64,000 bases of DNA from Flavobacteriales bacterium. GTDB taxonomy: Bacteria > Bacteroidota > Bacteroidia > Flavobacteriales_D > UBA2798. Location of the stretch: the NCBI GenBank assembly GCA_019694795.1, contig JAIBBF010000002.1:86500-150499 (forward strand). The letters are read 5' to 3'. The position numbers and the translations under genes were made by a program. Within the stretch, counting starts at the first letter, position 1; every line of letters begins with the position of its first letter. The notes beneath the pieces were generated by a model. It searched no databases, was not told where the DNA came from, and saw only the letters and a program-made list of their open reading frames with translations. Shown one piece after another: positions 58,058 through 64,000 of the stretch.

Positions 58058-58909
58058 TTATAGTTCGTCGAAACGGAAAGTTTCTTTTAAACGAATGCCT
58101 TTTTCGGTGTTTTGTACGGTACAACATTCATTCACCGAATCGTGCTCCAGAAATAAAATATATTCTTCATCGGCAGCACGCTTTAAAAATTTACCTTTTT
58201 CTTCGAGGGTAATCAGCGGACGTGTATCGTATCCCATAACATAAGCCAGCGGAATATGTCCAACCGAAGGCAATAAATCGGCCATGTAAACAATGGTTTT
58301 TCCTTTGTAGCGAATGTGAGGAATCATCATACTGTCGGTGTGACCATCCACAAAAAATACATCCATGTTGTTGAATGCATTGCTCGTGTAATCGGCATTT
58401 CGCTCAATCATTTTTAACTGACCACTTTCCTGTATGGGCAAAATATTTTCTTTCAGAAAGGAAGCTTTTTCACGCTGATTGGGAACGGTTGCCCATTGCC
58501 AGTGACGATCGTTGCTCCAGTAGGTGGCATTGGGGAATGCGGGACGAAATCCTTCTTTGGAAGGGTCGAATTCAATAGCTCCGCCACAATGATCGAAATG
58601 GAGATGAGTTAAGAACACATCCGTAATCTGATCGCGTGCGAAGCCTAATTTTTTTAGTGAATCATCCAGACTGGCATTGCCGTGCAGGTAATAATGCGAG
58701 AAAAATTTCTGGTCTTGTTTATTACCAATTCCGGTATCAATCAACATCAGACGATTTCCGTCCTCAATCAGCATACAACGCATCGACCAGGTGCACATAT
58801 TGTTTTCGTCGGCCGGATTTGTTTTTTGCCAAATGGTTTTGGGAACTACACCAAACATCGCACCTCCGTCGAGTTTAAAATTCCCGGTTTCTATACTGTA
58901 AATTTTCAT
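58058..58909 (-). CDS. MBL-fold metallo-hydrolase
   Basis: THLHFDHCGG (HxHxDH) and a later FVDGHT. Confidence 0.85.
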   Translation of the reverse strand: MKIYSIETGNFKLDGGAMFGVVPKTIWQKTNPADENNMCTWSMRCMLIEDGNRLMLIDTGIGNKQDQKFFSHYYLHGNASLDDSLKKLGFARDQITDVFLTHLHFDHCGGAIEFDPSKEGFRPAFPNATYWSNDRHWQWATVPNQREKASFLKENILPIQESGQLKMIERNADYTSNAFNNMDVFFVDGHTDSMMIPHIRYKGKTIVYMADLLPSVGHIPLAYVMGYDTRPLITLEEKGKFLKRAADEEYILFLEHDSVNECCTVQNTEKGIRLKETFRFDEL

Positions 58910-58911
58910 GC

Positions 58912-59556
58912 TTAGTTGATCTCCTCGTAATCGGTATAACCGTCGTTATTGTTGTCGTTATTGTTATTGTTTCCTCCGCCGTTTAATTTTTCCAATACCC
59001 AGGCCACCGCCTGCGCGGTGATGGTGATGGAGCGGACTAAATTAATCACCACCAAAAACAAACCGATGGCCGCAATGATCCATCCGATGATGATGGTGTT
59101 GTAGATATCGTAAATCGAACTCAAAAACCATTTGTTCACTGCGGTGTCGAGCAATTGAGGATAGGTAATTCCAAATGAAAAATAAATGACACTCAAAAAA
59201 ATCAATGAGGTTTCCCATTGGGCATTAAAGGGTTCATTGATCATTTTCATGCTGTTTAAACGAACCATCACACGGGTGCGCTGCATTCTGCCTGCCAGGT
59301 AGGAATAAACAATCGTCATGCCCACAATCGAAATTAAAATCCGCGGAGCATCGGGCAATTTGGTGGTGGCTACGGTGAGCATAGCGGCCAGCGAAACCAG
59401 AAAATAGGTGTTGAGTGTTTTAAAAATATAACTTTCCCAACTGGGACGTTCCGATAGACCGGTCAATAAACGGTATATCATCATGAAAAATCCCCAGATG
59501 AGGCTGAACACAATGAAAATAATACCGAGGTGAAAAATGTATTTGAAAAATTCCAT
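58912..59556 (-). CDS. hypothetical integral membrane protein with Asn/Asp-rich C-terminal tail
   Basis: 5-6 predicted TM helices. The tail reads GGGNNNNNDNNNDGYTDYEEIN. The track start at 59583 is a TTG, and an ATG lies at 59556. Confidence 0.5.
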   Translation of the reverse strand: MEFFKYIFHLGIIFIVFSLIWGFFMMIYRLLTGLSERPSWESYIFKTLNTYFLVSLAAMLTVATTKLPDAPRILISIVGMTIVYSYLAGRMQRTRVMVRLNSMKMINEPFNAQWETSLIFLSVIYFSFGITYPQLLDTAVNKWFLSSIYDIYNTIIIGWIIAAIGLFLVVINLVRSITITAQAVAWVLEKLNGGGNNNNNDNNNDGYTDYEEIN

Positions 59557-59606
59557 ATGCGAAGATAGTATTTCGGTGGACAATAACCCTGTAAAATGAC
59601 TAAAAC

Positions 59607-61391
59607 TCAGGCATCAATTATATCCATTTTACGCAACAAAAAGGAGGCGTTTTTGTTTTTGGCTAAACCCTTTTGCAGGTGATAATCAAAGTATAACTCG
59701 TTGTTTTCAATTCTACTTTCGAAGCAATAGTTACGAATTGAGCCCCGGTGAATCTGCTCCATATCACCAAGTGCAAGGTCGTGACTGGCAATGAGTCCGA
59801 TGGCGTCGAGTCGCATTAGGCGTTCAATCAGTTTGCGGCTTCCGTTGAGTTTGTCCTCACTATTGGTTCCCCTTAACATTTCATCGATTAAAACAATGGC
59901 AAATCCACCCTCCGCAATACGATCCTGAATCCATCTCAGTCGAAGTAATTCGGCATGGAACAGCGAAATGTTTTCACGGAGTGAATCGGTTTGTCGCAAC
60001 GAAGTAAGTAATTGTGCCGGATGAAAAACGAATCGTGAGGCACAACATCGCATGCCACATTGGGCAAGAATGAGATTGATACCCAGACTGCGCAAAAAAG
60101 TACTTTTTCCCGACATGTTGGAACCGGTAATCAAAATCAGTTTTTCTTCTCTTCCCAATTCAATAGAATTATTCGTGCGCGTGCCGGCGGCCAGGAAAGG
60201 GTGACCCATCGCCTCGGCCAGAATTTCCTTATTCTCCTGAATTTCGGCCAGACAAAAATCAGGATGCAAATCGTTCCAGCTTCCAAGAGAAATCATGAGT
60301 TCCATTTCGGCAAAAGCAGAAAACCATTGTTCCGTTTTTCCCGAGTTGGAGCGAATCCATTTTTCGAGTGCAGAAGCACAATGTAAATCGTATAAAAAAA
60401 GACTGTTCAGTACAACGAAAACTATAGGATTTAAACGGCGGTCGAAGCGTTCGCTCAATTGAGAAAGCAGTGCGAATTGAAGGGATGCTTCGGAAATATT
60501 TTCACGGATTTTTTTATTCAGCTGCTGCTCCATTTTTTCATTTTCAATAAGCGACCAGCATGCGCTGTAGAGGGCGAAGGTGGACTGCATTCCACTTACG
60601 TTTTCATGATCTCTTTTAATGGTTCGTGCTGCATTTAATGCGATCATTAAATTGATGCCGGATAACCACAATGCCAGATTACTGTTGCCGCTGATGATCG
60701 TGTAAACCCAAAGCGAACAAGTTGCCAATGGTAAAATATACATCAGGAGGGTCAACATTTTCCCACTGAAACGAAGCGAAGAACGGGAGGACCAATGACG
60801 AAGTTCCTGCACCGGGTCTTTGGTGTTTTCGAGGGCAATGAGTTGCGCTAAAAATGCGATTCTGAAATTTCGTTTTTCTGCCAGTTCTTCTGCGGCTGCT
60901 AAATGAAGTTGAATGCTTTCTTTACGGATATCGGGATTACTCAGGTGTTGAGCCAGTAATTTTTTTCCCTTGTCGGTCCATGCCCTGTTCACCCGGTGAT
61001 ACAAACTGCCTTCGCCGTAAATATCGAGGTCGAGATCATAACCTGTACCTTGACTAAATGAATCGCCTGCATCGAAAAAAGAATTTTTCGAAGCATGGAT
61101 ATCCAGTTCATTTTGCAACAAACGAATTTTATTCCGCAGAATCATCCGTGCTGAGTTGAAGCGGACATTCCGTTTTACCCCATAACCGAAAAGGCTAAAA
61201 ACAAAAATGGAACTAAACAAAAACAACAGGTCGGAATTTCGAATGTAAAGCACCATTAATCCCGCTGCAGCAATAAAGCTGAACAGCCGGAAAATTCCGG
61301 TGAGATAAATTGATTTTTCCAGACGCGCGAGTTTAGATTCCGATGCCGTTAGAGAGGTGGTATAGTAGTGAAAGGGTGAATTCGTATTCAT
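59607..61391 (-). CDS. MutS-related ATPase with N-terminal transmembrane region (no mismatch-binding domain)
   Basis: MutS domain V: Walker A ITGSNMSGKSTFLRSLG, Walker B IVLIDEMLRGTNSED and SHDL. The N-terminal ~250 aa contain about 4 hydrophobic helices. Confidence 0.8.
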   Translation of the reverse strand: MNTNSPFHYYTTSLTASESKLARLEKSIYLTGIFRLFSFIAAAGLMVLYIRNSDLLFLFSSIFVFSLFGYGVKRNVRFNSARMILRNKIRLLQNELDIHASKNSFFDAGDSFSQGTGYDLDLDIYGEGSLYHRVNRAWTDKGKKLLAQHLSNPDIRKESIQLHLAAAEELAEKRNFRIAFLAQLIALENTKDPVQELRHWSSRSSLRFSGKMLTLLMYILPLATCSLWVYTIISGNSNLALWLSGINLMIALNAARTIKRDHENVSGMQSTFALYSACWSLIENEKMEQQLNKKIRENISEASLQFALLSQLSERFDRRLNPIVFVVLNSLFLYDLHCASALEKWIRSNSGKTEQWFSAFAEMELMISLGSWNDLHPDFCLAEIQENKEILAEAMGHPFLAAGTRTNNSIELGREEKLILITGSNMSGKSTFLRSLGINLILAQCGMRCCASRFVFHPAQLLTSLRQTDSLRENISLFHAELLRLRWIQDRIAEGGFAIVLIDEMLRGTNSEDKLNGSRKLIERLMRLDAIGLIASHDLALGDMEQIHRGSIRNYCFESRIENNELYFDYHLQKGLAKNKNASFLLRKMDIIDA

Positions 61392-62521
61392 TTGTTAAGA
61401 TTGCGGTTTAACCATAATTCAAAAGCGGGATCCAGGAGGACCAGTTTTCCTTCCTCATCGTCGAGAATTTCGTTTTTGATTAAGGATTGTTTGCTTTTGG
61501 TAACGTTATTGGGACTTCCTAAATTGTATTTACTCATGACCTCTGCCGAAGTAAATTTACTTTCGCCGGCACAAATAGCCTTCAGTAAATTTATTTGCGA
61601 ATTATTCATCGTTTCAATCTCCCGCTGGTAGAGTGGGGCATTGGTCTCCAGTACTTCGTTTAAGGCCGATATCAATTCTTTTTCGCTTACCTTTTTATGG
61701 GTTCTTCCCCATACATAATGCGCCAGTTGCTGAACGTACCAGGAGTGATTTTTCATGAGGACACATATCTTTACGGCGTAGTTTTCGGGTAGGATTTTAT
61801 TGGTGGATTCAAACCCTTTTTGCAAATAGGGAACCCATTTTTCGATGGGGATTTTTTTTAAATGAATAATATCGCCAAAGCGGTAAAAGGGTTTCGAAGG
61901 ATGATTAAAAATTTCATTCATCATATGGCGCTTGCTTCCATAGAGGCAATAAGTGACCAGTTTTTGCTTTTGCCACGCCGCTCTCCATTTTTTTTCAATG
62001 GTTTTATAATCGCTAAACGAAGTCATATTTTGAAATTCATCTAAAGCGATAATAAATTTTATTCCCTTTTTCCGGGCAATACGCTCAGGTAACTGTAAAA
62101 TTTCTTCGCTGTTTTTTTTAAGGTCCTTCCAGTCGAAACTCAGGCTGAAGTCGGAATTTGGATCCAGTCCGTAACTAAATTTCGGTACCAGCCGGGTAAA
62201 AAATTCTTTACCGGTTTTCATCCAGTCCTGAAACTTTCCCGACGATGCCTTGATGGTTTCGCGGGCCAGCAATTCCAGGAACTCTTCTTCGCAACTAACC
62301 ATAAACAGGTCGAGCTGTATCACCTTAATTTTCTTCTGCGTGCGGGAGGTCGACTTCAGCACTTTTTCCACCAGCGATGATTTCCCCCATCTTCGTGGAG
62401 AGATGATGGTGGTGTTAATGCCATTGCTCAAATTCTTTTCTAAACGCTCAGCTTCCTCTTCCCGGTCGGTAAAGTGGCGGTCGCTGACCGTTTTTCCATA
62501 AATAAACGGTGATTCCGACAT
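61388..62521 (-). CDS. ATPase_2 (archaeal-type AAA) family ATP-binding protein with C-terminal wHTH-like (DUF234-like) region
   Basis: FIYGKTVSDRHFTDREEE..., Walker A SPRRWGKSSLV and Walker B FIIALDEFQ. The C-terminal ~80 aa look like a winged helix. 4-nt overlap with the downstream MutS-like gene. Confidence 0.7.
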   Translation of the reverse strand: MSESPFIYGKTVSDRHFTDREEEAERLEKNLSNGINTTIISPRRWGKSSLVEKVLKSTSRTQKKIKVIQLDLFMVSCEEEFLELLARETIKASSGKFQDWMKTGKEFFTRLVPKFSYGLDPNSDFSLSFDWKDLKKNSEEILQLPERIARKKGIKFIIALDEFQNMTSFSDYKTIEKKWRAAWQKQKLVTYCLYGSKRHMMNEIFNHPSKPFYRFGDIIHLKKIPIEKWVPYLQKGFESTNKILPENYAVKICVLMKNHSWYVQQLAHYVWGRTHKKVSEKELISALNEVLETNAPLYQREIETMNNSQINLLKAICAGESKFTSAEVMSKYNLGSPNNVTKSKQSLIKNEILDDEEGKLVLLDPAFELWLNRNLNK

Positions 62522-62533
62522 AAATAAATTTAT

Positions 62534-62549
62534 TATACCGAAAGGTATA
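62534..62549. promoter_or_regulatory. perfect 6-4-6 palindrome TATACC-GAAA-GGTATA (candidate operator)
   Basis: Read directly. Lies 13-28 nt upstream of the ATPase gene ATG, in the divergent intergenic region. Confidence 0.35.
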
Positions 62550-62570
62550 AATATTTTTTAAATTGCGTAA

Positions 62571-62586
62571 TATACCTTTTGGTGTA
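62571..62586. promoter_or_regulatory. second, near-identical palindrome TATACC-TTTT-GGTGTA
   Basis: Same half-site as 62534-62549 with one mismatch. Centre-to-centre spacing is 37 bp. Confidence 0.3.
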
Positions 62587-62649
62587 AAAGGTGGGGGGAT
62601 GTGTTGTTTTGTTTATTGATCAAATGCAGTATATTTCTAAAAAAAAACC

Positions 62650-63306
62650 ATGCCTGATTACTTAGCCGAATATAAAGCCTATTATACTGCCCGGGCGAAA
62701 CGCTTTGAGGCGGATCCTGATTTTCCCTTTAGTGCGAAGGCGGAAAATGATTTGCGTGATGCGATGTTGTCCTGCAATGAATTGGGTGAATTCAAACAAA
62801 AGCTCGGAAACCTGAACGACCTCTGCGCCATTGCTCTTGCGAAGGACGGTAACGTAATGCGTTTTAAGCACTATACGGCACTCGAGGAAAAAGTCCGGGC
62901 GCTCGGACCCGAACGTATCATTGCAAAGGCCGATCAATACACGCAGGTGATGGATTTAATTACCATGATCAATGAAGAGGAAAATCGTAATTCACTCGAA
63001 ATTGCTGCGGATAGTCTGGAACCCTTCGAAGGCAATTGGTTTATGCTGGAGCGGTTGGAGGTGTATGAGAAAGCAGAAGTCCCCGCTCAATGGAAGAAAC
63101 ACATGGCGCAATCGGCAGAAGAGATTCGTGCTTCTTTACGCGAGAATCATCGCAGCACCGAAGAAGATATGCAACGCTGGAAATCCGGGTGGAAACTTGA
63201 TTTGAATTTGCTGGATGAAACCCGTCACCGCCGGCGTTTTCCTTATCCTGACGAAGAAATTCGTTTTCGTAAACAACAGTATGAATCCATTATTTCTAAA
63301 GCTTAA
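62650..63306 (+). CDS. hypothetical protein (helical, charged)
   Basis: 218-aa ORF with an ATG start preceded by an A-rich leader. No motif recognised. Confidence 0.5.
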   Translation: MPDYLAEYKAYYTARAKRFEADPDFPFSAKAENDLRDAMLSCNELGEFKQKLGNLNDLCAIALAKDGNVMRFKHYTALEEKVRALGPERIIAKADQYTQVMDLITMINEEENRNSLEIAADSLEPFEGNWFMLERLEVYEKAEVPAQWKKHMAQSAEEIRASLRENHRSTEEDMQRWKSGWKLDLNLLDETRHRRRFPYPDEEIRFRKQQYESIISKA

Positions 63307-63311
63307 GCAGT

Positions 63312-64000
63312 ATGGCCATTGATAAACTTTATTCCGATCCCATGCTCGATACATTTCGAAACATGATGAAAGAAGTGTTGGACAAAGGCTATAGCGGAGA
63401 ACATGTGGATGGTATGCGCAGTACCTTGGATAAAATGGAACACTATGCAGCGAGTCTCGACGACTTCATGGATTTTAGTGCTAAGCTGACCACCGAAAAT
63501 CTATTCGGAAAATTCAGTGATCATTATTCGCGCGTGCTGGCATCAAATGCAAATCTTGGAGGTTACGATCCCAATGCACCTTACGATGAAAAAAATGATC
63601 AGGCATTGCTCAAGCTCATGGTTGATGCTTTAAAAAATGCCATAAAAAGTATTCGTCAATCCAAAGCAGAAACCAAAGCACTCATGGGCGACCGGGCGGC
63701 AGATGCTGATGTGCTCTTTAAAGAAAAATCCATCATCGATTCCATTCAGAAACTGATTGATTTAGGTGAATCTGGCATTAGTGCACCCGAATACCTACGT
63801 ATTCAAACCGAACAGAATCTCGATAAAGCCATGGAAGGCACAGCCCTTTCACTGGATGGTTTAAAGTACACGCATGATTTTAATTTAGCGCTTGCTGCAA
63901 ATCCGATTCAGATAGAGCGTAGTGAACGCTATTTAAAAACATATCAGGAAATGGCCGCGGCATCACCTTATGGTGCGCCCAATATTACCAAATTCAATCT
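63312..64000 (+). CDS. hypothetical protein, N-terminal fragment (open to the right edge)
   Basis: ATG at 63312, 5 nt after the upstream stop. I translated this frame by hand and it stays open to the window end (MAIDKLYSDPMLDTFRNMMKEV...). It is absent from the ORF track because it has no stop. Confidence 0.5.
   Translation, partial: MAIDKLYSDPMLDTFRNMMKEVLDKGYSGEHVDGMRSTLDKMEHYAASLDDFMDFSAKLTTENLFGKFSDHYSRVLASNANLGGYDPNAPYDEKNDQALLKLMVDALKNAIKSIRQSKAETKALMGDRAADADVLFKEKSIIDSIQKLIDLGESGISAPEYLRIQTEQNLDKAMEGTALSLDGLKYTHDFNLALAANPIQIERSERYLKTYQEMAAASPYGAPNITKFN

Noticed and set aside
58924-58975. Imperfect (GTT/ATT)n trinucleotide tract that encodes the NNNNNDNNND tail of the membrane protein. 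I considered it as a contingency or slippage locus.
   Set aside because: The repeat is interrupted (GTT ATT GTT GTC GTT ATT...) and in frame, so length changes would only alter the tail length. There is no on/off switch logic.
1-64000. Mobile elements, prophage, CRISPR arrays, tRNA/rRNA genes, toxin-antitoxin pairs.
   Set aside because: I saw no transposase, integrase or recombinase-like ORFs. I saw no direct-repeat/spacer arrays and no intergenic region long enough for, or resembling, structured RNA genes. The longest spacers are ~215 bp, AT-rich and promoter-like.

Overview
This 64 kb window looks like a chromosomal segment of a Bacteroidota genome. The evidence is a GldF/GldG gliding-type ABC component, a SprB-repeat protein with a T9SS C-terminal sorting domain, TAnnTTTG -7 promoter boxes, and A-rich leaders with no Shine-Dalgarno sequence. 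I saw no rRNA, tRNA, CRISPR array, transposase or integrase.

Content from left to right:
- thrS-infC-rpmI-rplT, then a tryptophanase, a GNAT acetyltransferase and a rhomboid protease.
- dnaN, downstream of a fused gldF-gldG gene and a DUF4340-like gene.
- A stand-alone ACT-domain gene divergent from a dapA-lysC-lysA lysine cluster.
- A TonB-dependent receptor, an orphan LuxR-type response regulator and a 968-aa SprB-repeat T9SS cargo protein.
- dnaX, which is split at an A10 homopolymer.
- rpsF-rpsR-rplI.
- An ~18.5 kb surface-polysaccharide locus (25.6-44.1 kb). It holds a Wzx-like flippase, a Wzm/Wzt ABC exporter, two methyltransferases, about ten glycosyltransferases including a GT17-like enzyme, a deacetylase, a WaaL/Wzy-family protein, a DegT aminotransferase and a PglC-like initiating transferase.
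- Two AT-rich tandem paralogs of unknown function and a deoxynucleoside kinase.
- A GH3-family gene, then a DUF2797-lipoprotein-ApbE unit with a convergent NqrM-like gene.
- A PagL-like deacylase and a DUF2807 lipoprotein.
- A tight MazG-MORN-Ser/Thr kinase operon.
- A compact five-gene minus-strand operon: Arch-type ATPase, membrane MutS-like ATPase, membrane protein, MBL hydrolase, LtaS/sulfatase-like protein.
- Two uncharacterised helical proteins running off the right edge.

The most notable observations are these:
1. The dnaX zero frame stops 3 codons after an A10 run, while the -1 frame stays open for the whole tau C-terminus. This is either programmed slippage or a homopolymer sequencing error.
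2. The ATPase/MutS-like five-gene operon has paired palindromes in its promoter region.
3. gldF and gldG are fused.
4. The glycan locus has a mixed export architecture.

All functional calls come from motif and family recognition by eye. No database search was run.
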